64,000 nt of DNA from Pelagomonas calceolata (Eukaryota), in contig CAKKNE010000006.1 of NCBI GenBank assembly GCA_918797485.1, forward strand, positions 1,984,001-2,048,000, read 5' to 3'. Both the position numbers and the translations under genes were made by a program. The notes under the pieces were generated by a model. The model worked only from the letters and a program-made list of their open reading frames with translations. It was not told the DNA's origin and made no database searches. Shown here piece by piece: positions 10,601-20,818 of the stretch. Each line of letters begins with the position of its first letter. The stretch's first letter is position 1.

Positions 10601-13600
10601 CTGGTCGAGGGCGGGTCGCAGCTGATCGGCACGAACACGTTCTCGTCGACGACGATCGCCCAGGCGGACTACAAGATGGAGGACCTGGTGTACGAGCTGA
10701 ACTACGACTCGGCGCGCCTGGCGCGCGAGGCCTGCGACGAGGTGACGAAGATGGACCCGACGAAGCCGCGCTTCGTCGTCGGCGCCATCGGCCCGACGAA
10801 CCGGACGGCGTCCATCTCGCCGGACGTGAACGACCCGACGGCGCGGAACTGCACGTTCGACGAGCTGGTCGAGGCGTACTACGAGCAGTGCGTCGGACTC
10901 GTGGACGGCGGCGCGGACATCCTGATCGTGGAGACGATCTTCGACACGCTGAACGCCAAGGCGGCGGTGTACGCGGTGAACGAGTTCCTGGAGGACGCGG
11001 GCATCGACATCCCGCTGTTCATCTCGGGCACGCTCGTGGACCAGAGCGGGCGGACGCTGTCGGGCCAGACGGGCGAGGGCTTCTACGCGTCGATCCGGCA
11101 CGCCAAGCCCATGTGCGTCGGGCTGAACTGCGCCCTGGGCGCGTCGGCGATGGCGCCGTTCCTGAAGCGCCTGTCGGACTGCGCGGAGTGCTTCGTGCAC
11201 GTGTACTCGAACGCGGGCCTGCCGAACGCGATGGGCGGCTACGACGACACGCCGGCGGACATGGCGCGCGAGAACGTGGTGTTCGCGAAGAACGGGTGGG
11301 TCAACATGATGGGCGGGTGCTGCGGCTCGACGCCGCCGCACATCAAGGCGATCTACGAGGCCTGCAAGGACTTTGCGCCGCGGCCGCTGCCGACGCTGGG
11401 CCCGCCGCAAATGTGGCTCTCGGGCCTGGAGGACTTCAAGATCGGCCCGGACACGTACAACAACTGCGGCCTGCCCTTCGTGAACGTGGGCGAGCGGTGC
11501 AACATCGCGGGGTCGCGCAAGTTCAAGCGCCTGATCATGGAGGGCAAGTACCCGGAGCTGATGGACATCGCCAAGGACCAGGTCGAGGCCGGCGCGCACG
11601 TGGTGGACATCAATGTGGACGACGGCATGCTGGACGGCCTGGCGGCCATGCAGAAGTTCGTCAAGATGGCGGTGACGGAGCCGGACGTGTCGCGCGTGCC
11701 GTTCATGATCGACTCGTCCAAGTTCGACATCGTGCTGGCGGGGCTGAAGTGGAACCAGGGCAAGGCGATCGTGAACTCCATTTCGCTGAAGGTCGGCGAG
11801 GAGTTATTCATCGAGCACGCCACTTTGTTAAGAAAGCACGGCGCGGCGGTCGTCGTGATGGCGTTCGACGAGCAGGGCCAGGCGGCGACGAAGGAGGACA
11901 AGGTTCGTATTTGTAAAAGAAGCTACGACATCCTCGTGAACGAGCCGGTCTGCTTCCCGCCCGAGGACATTATCTTCGACCCGAACATTTTGACGATCGG
12001 CACCGGCATCGAGGAGCACAATAATTATGGAGTGGACTTCATCGAAGCGACGAAGACCATCAAGGAGCTGTGCCCCTGGTGCAAGATTAGCGGCGGCGTG
12101 TCGAACCTGAGTTTCGGGTTTAGGGGCGTCAATGTCGTCCGCGAGTCGATCCACGCCTATTTCTTGCACCATGCGTGCGTGTCGTCGGGCATGGACGTCG
12201 GGATCGTGAACGCGGCGGAGATGCTCCACCCCGTCGAGGTGCCTCCGCAACTGCGAGAGGTGTGCGAGGACGCGGTGCTGAATCGGCGGCCGGACGCCAC
12301 GGATCGCCTATTAGCAGCGACAGAAGCCGAGAAGGAGGCCATGGAGCTGCGGAAGCGCGGCGGCGGCGCCGTCGCGGTCAAGAAGAAGAGCTGGCGCGAC
12401 CTACCTATCGCTGAGAGACTCACCCATGCATTGGTGAAGGGCATCAGCGAGCACGTCGACAAGGACACGGAGGAGATGCGTTCGGAGATCGAGCAGCGGG
12501 GCGGCAAAACCCTGGAAGTCATCGAGGGGCCGCTGATGCAGGGCATGAACGTCGTTGGTGATTTATTTGGAGCTGGTAAAATGTTCCTGCCGCAGGTGAT
12601 TAAGAGTGCGCGGGTGATGAAGAAGGCCGTGGCGTACTTATTACCGTTCATGGAGAAGGAGAAGCGGGACAACTTGATCGCGCAGGGCCTGGACCCGGAC
12701 GCGCAAGGGGATGACGATTCGCAGTACGCGGGCAAATTCCTCATAGCGACGGTCAAGGGTGACGTCCACGACATTGGGAAGAACATCGTCGCGGTCGTCC
12801 TAGGGTGCAACAACTACAAGGTCTACGATATTGGCGTCATGTGCACGTGTGAGAGTATCTTAGATGCGGCCATCGAGCATGATGTGGATGCTATTGGCTT
12901 GTCCGGTCTCATCACACCGTCGCTCGATGAAATGGTCGACGTCGCCAAGGAGATGGCGAAGCGGAATTTCAAGGTACCCTTGCTGATAGGTGGGGCTACG
13001 ACCAGTAAGATGCACACCGCAGTCAAAGTGGCCCCGCAGTACGCCTCGGACGAGCACCCCGTGATCCACGTGTTAGATGCCAGTCGCGCGGTTACTGTAG
13101 TAAGCTCATTATTGTCTGATGAGTTGAAGCCCGACTACGTCGCGGACGTCCAGGACGAGTATGCTGAATTGAGAGATGAGTACTACGCGTCGCTAGAAGA
13201 CAGGAAGTACTTGACGCTGGACCAAGCCATCGCCAAGCGCGGCGACGTAGCGATAGAGAAGGTAGCACCGGTACCGACGCATCTCGGCGCCCGCGTCGTC
13301 GAGGAGGACCTCGCGGCGGTCGTGCCGTTCATCGACTGGAACCCCTTCTTCCAGACCTGGGAGCTCCGGGGGAGGTACCCGAACCGAGGCTACCCGAAGA
13401 TCTTCAATGATGAGACGGTAGGAGCGGAGGCCAAGAAGCTCTTCGACGACGCGCAAGCGATGCTGAAGAAAATCGTGGAGACGAAGGAGTTGTCGCTGAA
13501 GGGGTGCTACGGCTTGTATGCGGCGAACCGGAGCGACGGGGGCGAAGACGTCGACGTGTGGGAGAATGAGAGTGAACGCGGCGGCAAACCCGCAGCCACC

Positions 13601-14200
13601 TTCTGCATGCTAAGGCAGCAGGCGGAAGTCGACGGCCAGCAGCATTACTTATCGCAGGCGGACTTCGTCACTCCCCGAGGATCGCGGGACCACCTGGGCA
13701 TGTTCGCCGTGGCTTGTTTCGGGGCCGAGGCCGCCGCGAAACGCCACGAGGACGCCAATGACGACTATTCGAAGATCATGGTCCAGGCCTTGGCCGATCG
13801 CCTCGTCGAGGCCTTCGCCGAGAAATTACATAGGGACATGCGCGTGGCGCACTGGGGCTACGCCGCTTCCGAAAGTTTATCGCATGACGACTTATTGAAG
13901 GTGAAATACGATGGTATTAGACCGGCGCCGGGCTACCCGTCGCAGCCGGACCACACGGAGAAGCGCACGATGTGGGATTTGATGGACGTGGAAAAAAGGT
14001 GCGGCATCAAGCTCTCCTCGTCATTGTCGATGATGCCGGCGGCGTCGGTGAGCGCGCTGGTCTTCGCCCACCCGGACGCGTCGTACTTCGCCGTCGGCAA
14101 GGTCCAGAAGGACCAGGTCGAGTCCTACGCGAAGCGCAAGGGCATGGAGCTCGAGGTCTGCGAGCGCTGGCTCTCGCCCATCCTGAACTACGACCGATAG
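7688..14200 (+). CDS. METH: Cobalamin-dependent methionine synthase, two exons (7688-9590, 9741-14200), ~2,120 aa, with duplicated Hcy-binding + folate-binding module
   Basis: Both modules have YDGAMGT, GLNCALG, GGCCG and GERCN. The single C-terminal part has the cap ([14 protein letters not shown]), GDVHDIG B12 motif and GIRPAPGYP. Splicing out 9591-9740 restores IGTG/IEEHN as in the uninterrupted second copy. Confidence 0.88.
7721..9593 (+). repeat. Direct repeat copy 1 (1,873 bp) within METH
   Basis: Matches 10136-12008 at offset 2,415. Shadow ORFs in other frames translate identically at the same offset (7918/10333, 7883/10298, 8938/11353). Confidence 0.95.
9591..9740 (+). other. Spliceosomal GC-AG intron (150 nt) in METH
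   Basis: Begins gcaccg and ends acgcag. Contains in-frame TAG 9656-9658. Absent from the homologous position (12005/12006) in copy 2, and removal keeps the frame. Confidence 0.8.
10136..12008 (+). repeat. Direct repeat copy 2 (1,873 bp) within METH
   Basis: No difference from copy 1 found by eye. Confidence 0.95.
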
Positions 14201-14417
14201 ATCCACCCCCCCTCTCCGAGCCGCGCTGCCTGTCGCACCGCGCCTCGCCTAACGATCGGTTTTATAAATTCGCGTGCCCCTACCCCCGAGGTATAAGGTA
14301 CATACGATACCTTCCTGAGGGTGTCGTGTTTTGTCTGCAACTAACCATCACACAGGATTGCACGCTGTGTCGCAGTCTGCCACTGTAGAAGTAGAAGACA
14401 AGTACAACACAGCAGCA

Positions 14418-14822
14418 ATGCTCATGACGCGCGTAGCATTCCTTGGCACGGTAGCCACCGCGCTCCGCGCCGGCAGCGCACGGAGAGCGCCGTTCTGGCG
14501 GCGGTCCCAGACCACCATGTCCTTCAGCATTCAGGACACGGTCGCGGCGTCGGACGTCGTCGTCTTCTCGAAGAGCTGGTGCCCCTTCTGCCAGAAGACG
14601 AAGAAGGCGCTCACGCTCGAGGAGATCCCGTTCACGGCCGTCGAGCTCGACGAGCGCGACGACGGCCAGGACATCCAGGACGCGCTCGCCGAGATGACGG
14701 GCCAGCGCACCGTGCCCTCGGTCTTCATCAAGGGCACGCACGTCGGCGGCAACGACGACACGCAGCGGGGCCTGCGCGACGGCTCCGTCCAGCGCATGCT
14801 CGCCGAGAAGGCGTCCTCGTGA
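14418..14822 (+). CDS. Dithiol glutaredoxin (CPFC), probably plastid-targeted
   Basis: FSKSWCPFC, QRTVPSVFIKG and VGGNDD motifs. Signal plus transit-like leader from ATG 14418. Confidence 0.9.
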   Translation: MLMTRVAFLGTVATALRAGSARRAPFWRRSQTTMSFSIQDTVAASDVVVFSKSWCPFCQKTKKALTLEEIPFTAVELDERDDGQDIQDALAEMTGQRTVPSVFIKGTHVGGNDDTQRGLRDGSVQRMLAEKASS

Positions 14823-14833
14823 GCCTAAGTCTA

Positions 14834-16645
14834 TTACTCGACGCCCATCTTCGCGAACCGCCCCCGCAGCTTCGCGAGGTCGTCGCTCTCGAGCCGGTTC
14901 AGCGCGAGCGAGAAGTCCGGCACGCCGGCCATACCTGCCAAAATCGCGCGCGACGCCTCGGGCAGCTCCTCGGCCTCCTTCCTCAATTCGCCCACGTCGT
15001 CCGAGGCCAGGTTCGGGTCGCAGAGCTTCTCCGCGAACATGCGCGCCGCCGCGCGCTCGTCGTCCGACGCCTTGAGCGCGTCGCCCGTCGCCTCGGACTC
15101 CTTCGCGCGCGCGACGGCCTCCTTGCGCTCGGACGCCGAGTAGTACCAGAGCGTGACGGACGCGCGCGGCCGGTGCGTCGGCCGCACCTCGTGCTTCATG
15201 AGGTCGGAATAGAAGCACGCCAACCGACCAGCTTTCGGTAAAACATCGACGGGGCCCGTCGCGCCGTGCAGGCGTAACGCCCCGCCGTGGTCCTCGTGCC
15301 ACTTTTCATTAAAGTAGCACAATACGGTCAACCTTCTCCCGTCATCCGTCGTGTTGTCGACGTGGGCCTGGAAGCGCGCGCCGCCGCCGGGGTAGATGGC
15401 CAGCATCCCATCTGAACGACTGGCGCAGTCGTTCAACCGCTCCACCCTCGGACAGAGCTCCTTCAGCACGAAGGCGTCCATGGCCTTGAAGAGGTCGCGC
15501 ACGGACGGGAAGCGCGCCACCTGGCTGCGGTCGATCTTCGAGACGCCGCCGCCCTTCGCGAGGGCGAATTTCCGCTTGACGTCCGTGTCGCAGGGCTCGA
15601 CGCCGCCCTTCTCCCTTATAGCTCTTGAATTCGCGTCGCCCTGCGCCTGGGGGTGCGCGCCGCACATCCAGAGCACCTTGTCGCCCCGAACGCTCGGTAC
15701 GACCACTTGCGCGCCGACCGTCGACGACGACCCGACCCAGATCTCCGACGGGTCGTAGAAGGGCTCCAGGCCCCCGATCTCCCGTAACACTCGTTGCACG
15801 AGGTCCGTTCCACAAAAGCCGTCGAGGCACGCCCAGCCCCGCTCCTGCAGACTTTCCGCGACGCCGTCCGCGGCGCGGCCGACCCTCAGCTTCGCCGTCC
15901 GCTTCGTGGCCTTCTTCTTCGACAGGTCCGCCCGCGCCATGACCGTCGTGAGGTCGGACGCCTCCACCAACAACTCCTCGGCCTCGGCATCCAACGCACT
16001 CGCGAGCTCCTCCTCGTCGTCCAGATCGGCGAAAGCGGGCGCGTGCGCCTGGCCGCCCACCTCCACATTAACAACAGGCGCCGCGGCCTCGAGGAAGCAC
16101 GTAGAAGCTCTCGGGTCCTCCTTCCGATCGAGCGTCGCCCGCGCCGCCTCGATGACATCCGTGGGCACGCCGTTCCGCTGCAAGTACGCGTTTATCGTAT
16201 CCCGGTCCCGCCCACTAATGTCGGGCTTCAGCAGGAACGCGCACGTCGCGAGGTACTGCTTCCGCCTGTCCAACCCCCCGGCCGACGTCGCGTCCACCAC
16301 TTGGGGCTTCGCCGCGCGGATCTCCTTCACGCGCTGGAGGACTTGCTTTTGTACTTTTGGGTCGTCAACACAAGACAGCAGGTCCCGCAGCGCGATGCGC
16401 CCGTCGCAGCCCGCGGCCACGCAGCCCATGGACCCGTCGTCGCGGTCGATGGCCCCGCGGCCCTGGGGCCGCGCGAGGGCCATGGCCATGCACTTCTTGC
16501 AGGCGCCGTGGCGCGGGTGCTGGCAGGACGGGGCGAGCAGCTCGTCGCTGGTCCGCGGCGTCGCGCAGATGGCGCAGGGCGTCGTCGGGGCTGCCGACAG
16601 GTCGAAGCCGCCCCGCTCGTTGGCCTCCAGGACCTGGGCGGCCAT
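14834..16645 (-). CDS. EGLN/PHD-like 2OG-Fe(II) prolyl hydroxylase with N-terminal RING-like and Pex14N-like domains
   Basis: YPGGGARFQAHVDNTTDDGRRLT...HEVRP...RASVTLWY parallels PHD2 (HxD...H, 2OG-binding Arg), with VRGDK upstream. N-terminal CAIC...CQH...CKKC...CVAAGC. Confidence 0.85.
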   Translation of the reverse strand: MAAQVLEANERGGFDLSAAPTTPCAICATPRTSDELLAPSCQHPRHGACKKCMAMALARPQGRGAIDRDDGSMGCVAAGCDGRIALRDLLSCVDDPKVQKQVLQRVKEIRAAKPQVVDATSAGGLDRRKQYLATCAFLLKPDISGRDRDTINAYLQRNGVPTDVIEAARATLDRKEDPRASTCFLEAAAPVVNVEVGGQAHAPAFADLDDEEELASALDAEAEELLVEASDLTTVMARADLSKKKATKRTAKLRVGRAADGVAESLQERGWACLDGFCGTDLVQRVLREIGGLEPFYDPSEIWVGSSSTVGAQVVVPSVRGDKVLWMCGAHPQAQGDANSRAIREKGGVEPCDTDVKRKFALAKGGGVSKIDRSQVARFPSVRDLFKAMDAFVLKELCPRVERLNDCASRSDGMLAIYPGGGARFQAHVDNTTDDGRRLTVLCYFNEKWHEDHGGALRLHGATGPVDVLPKAGRLACFYSDLMKHEVRPTHRPRASVTLWYYSASERKEAVARAKESEATGDALKASDDERAAARMFAEKLCDPNLASDDVGELRKEAEELPEASRAILAGMAGVPDFSLALNRLESDDLAKLRGRFAKMGVE

Positions 16646-16738
16646 CCTGCCCGGGCTGCCCTCTTTTTGATTTATGGTCGGCCGAGCTGCCCTTTTAATG
16701 CCTCGGGCGTTTGCCTGATCTTTTTTCTTCTCGTGTTC

Positions 16739-16760
16739 CTAGAGTCTTACAGGACGCTAG
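16739..16760 (-). promoter_or_regulatory. Recurrent intergenic motif (ctagcgtcctgtaagactctag)
   Basis: Reverse-strand copy in a divergent intergenic region. Confidence 0.5.
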
Positions 16761-16835
16761 CTAGCTACCGCGACGCTCCTGAAAGCTCAACGGGGCGGCA
16801 CACCTGACAGGCAGCGCTGCCGACAGCAAAGGGTC

Positions 16836-18248
16836 ATGTCGCGGGCCGAGCGCCAGGCCGCCCGCTGGCAAACACTAGGCAGCAGTGCTCGATCTACGCC
16901 GACAGCATCACTGCAGAGCATGCAGTTCGAAGCCGTGCTCGCGTCGGCCGGTAGCAAAGGCGACGCGCCGAGCCGCTTCGAGCTGCGCAGCAACCCCGCG
17001 ACGGACGAGGTCGTGTTATACGTGTTGCCGGACCCGGCTCTCCCGCAGAAGCCGCGGCACTACTCGCACGCGTCGCGCGGCGGCAATCGGTGCGCGACGC
17101 GGGCCCGGCCCGCCGTCGACGCGCGGTGCCCGTTCTGCCCGGGCAACGAAAAGCTCTGCAACGCGGACCTGGCCACGGTGACGACGAACGGCGCGTGGAC
17201 GGCGCGCGCGTTCGAGAACGCGTTTCCCATCTTCCACGCGCTCGACGGCGCCGGCGCGGGCGACCGCCTGGGCGCGGGCGACCGCCTGGCGGCGCGCGGA
17301 GCGATGGAGGTGCTCGTGGCGGCGCGCGGCCACAACGAGGGCCTCGCCGACCTCTCGCCCGCCGCCGCGGGCGAGCTCGTCACGCTCGCGCGCGACCGCT
17401 TCAACGCGCTGGCCGCGCGGCGCGGCGTCCGGTCCGTGCGCGTCTTCCAGAACCACGGCGCGCGGGCCGGCGCGTCGATCTCGCACGCGCACTGGCAGTG
17501 CGTGGCCCTGGGCTTCGTGCCGCCGAACGCGCTCCGTCGCGCGGCGGCGCAGGCCCGCGGTGACGCCTGCCCCGTGCGCGCGCTGATGGACGCGCCGGAG
17601 ACGCTGGTCTGGGAGGACGCGAACGCCAGGGCCTTCGCGGTCGTCGCGCCGCGCAGGGGCACGGTCTGGGTGGCGCCCCGGCGGCGGCGAGCGCGGATCG
17701 GAGAGCTGACGGACGACGAGTGCCGGAGTATAGGAGAAGGCCTGCGGACCGTCGCGCGGGCCATGTGTCAAGCTTGGGACGACCCCGACTTCAACCTCGT
17801 CGCGCACTCCGCCTCTCTACAATCCACCGAGCGCTTCCACGCGTATTTCGAAATTGTGCCGCACCGCCGCGAGGACGCGTCGCTCGGCTCACTCCAGTAC
17901 GACGTACCAATCTCCCACCTGCCGCCGGAGCAGTGCGCCGCAGAGTTAAATTCAGTTGGATGTTACCCGAACCCCAGGCACTGGATCCCCACGCTCCGGT
18001 CGCGCGGCCCGTCCAAATCGACCAGCATCACCGACTGCCACTGGCCCAGCACCAGCGCGCCGTCCACGACCGGAATCGATTCTGATGAACCAAGCAGCAT
18101 GCTCCCCAAATGGGAGTGCGCGTTGATCGGCTCCTGGTCGCGCCACCGCTGCAACTCCTCCTCATCGTCGACATTCCACCCGTTCTCCAGACACCTCAAT
18201 CGTTCGTCCTCGGAGTCGGGCCGCACCTCGATGTCGTTGTGTTTGTAG
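16836..18248 (+). CDS. GalT-like (galactose-1-phosphate uridylyltransferase / ADP-glucose phosphorylase family) nucleotidyltransferase; 3' end uncertain
   Basis: CPFCPGNE, ENAFP and FQNHGARAGASISHAHWQ (HxHxQ). Recognisable domain ends near 17950 but the frame continues into the antisense gene. Confidence 0.8.
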   Translation: MSRAERQAARWQTLGSSARSTPTASLQSMQFEAVLASAGSKGDAPSRFELRSNPATDEVVLYVLPDPALPQKPRHYSHASRGGNRCATRARPAVDARCPFCPGNEKLCNADLATVTTNGAWTARAFENAFPIFHALDGAGAGDRLGAGDRLAARGAMEVLVAARGHNEGLADLSPAAAGELVTLARDRFNALAARRGVRSVRVFQNHGARAGASISHAHWQCVALGFVPPNALRRAAAQARGDACPVRALMDAPETLVWEDANARAFAVVAPRRGTVWVAPRRRRARIGELTDDECRSIGEGLRTVARAMCQAWDDPDFNLVAHSASLQSTERFHAYFEIVPHRREDASLGSLQYDVPISHLPPEQCAAELNSVGCYPNPRHWIPTLRSRGPSKSTSITDCHWPSTSAPSTTGIDSDEPSSMLPKWECALIGSWSRHRCNSSSSSTFHPFSRHLNRSSSESGRTSMSLCL

Positions 18249-18574
18249 AAGATCTTCTGATCCGTACCGATAAAACTTCTGTCGTCCGGGGGTGCGAGCT
18301 TCAGCAGCCACGCCCGCACGTCCCTCACGAGCCGCGACTCCCACTCGTTGATGGTTATCGCCGTCGTCGTGTGCATGCTCACGACGTTGACGCAGCCCTG
18401 TTTCATACCAGACTCTTTCACTAGTCGGTGCAAGTGGGGCATCAGGTCCACGACCGTCACCTCCTGGCGCGGCGCGTAGGCCTCGGGCGATTTTATGGAA
18501 ACTTTTTCGAAGTGCGCGATCTGCTGCAGTTGGAGGGCATGCGCCGTGGCGGCGAGCGCGACGACGCGGCGCAT
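17963..18574 (-). CDS. YjbQ/UPF0047 family protein with N-terminal targeting peptide
   Basis: HTTTAITINE, YKHND, NAHSHL and LVLGQWQSVMLVDLDGPRDR motifs. ATG 18574 gives signal-like MRRVVALAATAHA. Confidence 0.88.
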   Translation of the reverse strand: MRRVVALAATAHALQLQQIAHFEKVSIKSPEAYAPRQEVTVVDLMPHLHRLVKESGMKQGCVNVVSMHTTTAITINEWESRLVRDVRAWLLKLAPPDDRSFIGTDQKIFYKHNDIEVRPDSEDERLRCLENGWNVDDEEELQRWRDQEPINAHSHLGSMLLGSSESIPVVDGALVLGQWQSVMLVDLDGPRDRSVGIQCLGFG

Positions 18575-19045
18575 CTGTCTCAGACTCAGAGAGCACTTTG
18601 TCGTTTCACCCCTTACAGATGCAATCTGGCGCAGCTTTGACTGCAGAGCGCTCGACCGCTTCGACGGCCCGCTGTGACGAGCCGTCCTGCAATGATGTCG
18701 ACGGGAATGCAATGGTTGCAAGCCACAGTGAGGCTGGCTGCTTTGCCAACTGGAGCCCGAGACGGCGCCTGGGCTCGGTTGCTCGACGACGGATCTGCGC
18801 CTTGCAATCGACGCCTGCAGAAGCCGCAAGACCCGTGCTAGCTAGCGTAATCGACATACTAGTTAGCGACGAGACGGATTGTCATCAGCGCGGCATTTTT
18901 TTTGCAAAGGACGCGGTGCATTAGCGACATAGTTCGTTGCAATAGCCGGGTCGACGAGGCCTGAGCACGCATAAGCCCTCGACGACGTAGCCCGCCACGA
19001 GCGGCTCCCGCCCCAGGACTCCACGTAGACCGCAACCCTGCCACG

Positions 19046-20254
19046 ATGGTCCGGCGGCGCGCCGCAGCGCTGGTCCTGGGCCTGCTCCATGCGGCGAATC
19101 CCTTCGTCCTGCCCGGGCCGCGCGTCGCGGCCCTCCACATGCCGCGCCGGCCACAGCTGCGACCACCGACCGCGCTGCAGATGGCCCGCGACCTCTACGA
19201 GACGCTCGGCGTGCCGCGCGGCTCCGACGAACGCACGATCAAGCGCGCCTTCCGCGACGCCGCGAGAAAATGGCATCCCGACGTGAACGACACGCCGGAG
19301 GCCGCCGAGCGCTACAAGGAAATTAGTCAAGCGTACGCGACGCTGAGCGACCCGGACAAGAAGCAGCGCTACGACATGTACGGCGAGACGGGCCTGGGCG
19401 GCGGCGGCGGGCCGGGCGGCGGCGTGGAAGTGAACCTGGAGGACATTTTTGATAGTTTCTTCGGCGGCGGCGGCGGCGGCGGGTTTGGGGGAGCTAGGCG
19501 GCAGCAGAACGGTCCGATCCAAGGCGACGATCTGAGAGCCGATCTGGAACTAGACTTCAAGACGGCGTGTTTTGGTGGGCAAGAAAAAGTGCGAATCAGT
19601 CACTTGGAGAAGTGCGAGACGTGCGAGGGCTCGGGCGTGAAGCCGGGCGCGCAGGTCCGGTCCTGCGCGACCTGCAAGGGGAGTGGAGTGGTCATGCAGG
19701 TCACGCGGACGCCTCTAGGGAGTTTCCAGACGCAGACGGTCTGCCCGACGTGTCGCGGCGGCGGCCAGAGCGTCGACGCGTACTGCACGCAGTGCTCGGG
19801 CCAGGGCGTCTCCAGGAAAGCGAAGCAGGTGTCCGTGACGATCCCCTGCGGCGTCGACACGGGCAACAAGCTCCGCGTGGCCGGCGAGGGCGACGCCGGG
19901 TCGCGAAACGGCCCGGCGGGCGACCTGTACATCTTTCTGAGCGTCAAGAACCTGAATGGTTTCGAACGGGACGGCGTGGACGTCACGACGCGACTGTCCG
20001 TCGACGCCTACGACGCGATCCTAGGCTCTTCAGAAACCATCGAAACGTTGGACGAGCCCTCGTTCAGCGTGGACGTGCCGGCGGGCACGCAGCCGGGCAC
20101 GAAGCTGCGGCTGAAGGGCAAGGGCGCGCCCGCGTTGGGGAAGGCGACGCAGCGCGGCGACCACTACGTCGTGGTGGACGTCGCGATCCCGAAGAAGCTC
20201 GACGGCGACTCGAAGAAACTCGTGGAGGAGCTGCGGGACAAGCTGCGCAAGTAG
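19046..20254 (+). CDS. dnaJ: Type I DnaJ/Hsp40 co-chaperone, plastid-type
   Basis: J domain with HPD, G/F-rich region, four CxxCxGxG repeats and C-terminal domain, preceded by a bipartite leader. Confidence 0.95.
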   Translation: MVRRRAAALVLGLLHAANPFVLPGPRVAALHMPRRPQLRPPTALQMARDLYETLGVPRGSDERTIKRAFRDAARKWHPDVNDTPEAAERYKEISQAYATLSDPDKKQRYDMYGETGLGGGGGPGGGVEVNLEDIFDSFFGGGGGGGFGGARRQQNGPIQGDDLRADLELDFKTACFGGQEKVRISHLEKCETCEGSGVKPGAQVRSCATCKGSGVVMQVTRTPLGSFQTQTVCPTCRGGGQSVDAYCTQCSGQGVSRKAKQVSVTIPCGVDTGNKLRVAGEGDAGSRNGPAGDLYIFLSVKNLNGFERDGVDVTTRLSVDAYDAILGSSETIETLDEPSFSVDVPAGTQPGTKLRLKGKGAPALGKATQRGDHYVVVDVAIPKKLDGDSKKLVEELRDKLRK

Positions 20255-20257
20255 TTT

Positions 20258-20818
20258 CTAGGTAGACTTTAAGAGGGTGAGACTCTGGCCGACCGTCAGC
20301 AGCTCGACCGCGCCGACGACGGGTCCCGTGATGCGTCCCGCGGGGAAGCCGCCGGCCAGCAGCACGCCATTCTTCGAAAAGGCGAGGGACCCATCACCTA
20401 GGTTCAGAGTCACGCCGATCTTGTCACCCACCACGAAGCACTTCTCGACGGGCGTCTGGTCCGACGCCTCGGCGACGCCGCTCCCGTACAGCGTCCCGTT
20501 GTCCGTCCGCAGGTACCACGCCTTCCCGGACTTCGAGTGGCCGCCCTTCTCGACGTCCAAACCCTCCTGGGCCACGCCGACGTACATCGTCCTATTCCCG
20601 TTCGCCTTGGCCGCCGACGTGAACTCGTACTCCCAGACGTGTAAACCGGTAGTGAGTAACCTACCGTTCGTCGCGTGGCGCGGGTAGCTGCCGCCTCGCA
20701 CCTTCGTGAGGACGGCGCCCTCGGCCTCGCAGGTCTTGCCGAGGCGCGTCCAGGCCAGCTTCGTCGCCTCCGGCGTCGAGAGCGCCTCGAGGGAGCTGTA
20801 GATCGATTGGGCCGCCAT
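20258..20818 (-). CDS. SPRY/B30.2 domain protein
   Basis: TGLHVWEY, MYVGVA and GDKIGVTLNLGDGSLAFSKNG match the SPRY pattern. Confidence 0.8.
   Translation of the reverse strand: MAAQSIYSSLEALSTPEATKLAWTRLGKTCEAEGAVLTKVRGGSYPRHATNGRLLTTGLHVWEYEFTSAAKANGNRTMYVGVAQEGLDVEKGGHSKSGKAWYLRTDNGTLYGSGVAEASDQTPVEKCFVVGDKIGVTLNLGDGSLAFSKNGVLLAGGFPAGRITGPVVGAVELLTVGQSLTLLKST

Noticed and set aside
7883..11916. Long alternative-frame ORFs (433 aa minus, 527 aa plus), each present twice
   Set aside because: Arg/Gly-rich shadows of GC3-rich METH codons, duplicated only because the DNA is duplicated.
7688..20254. Metabolic gene cluster (METH, glutaredoxin, hydroxylase, GalT-like, YjbQ, DnaJ)
   Set aside because: Mixed orientations and predicted compartments with no shared pathway; adjacency is expected in a compact genome.
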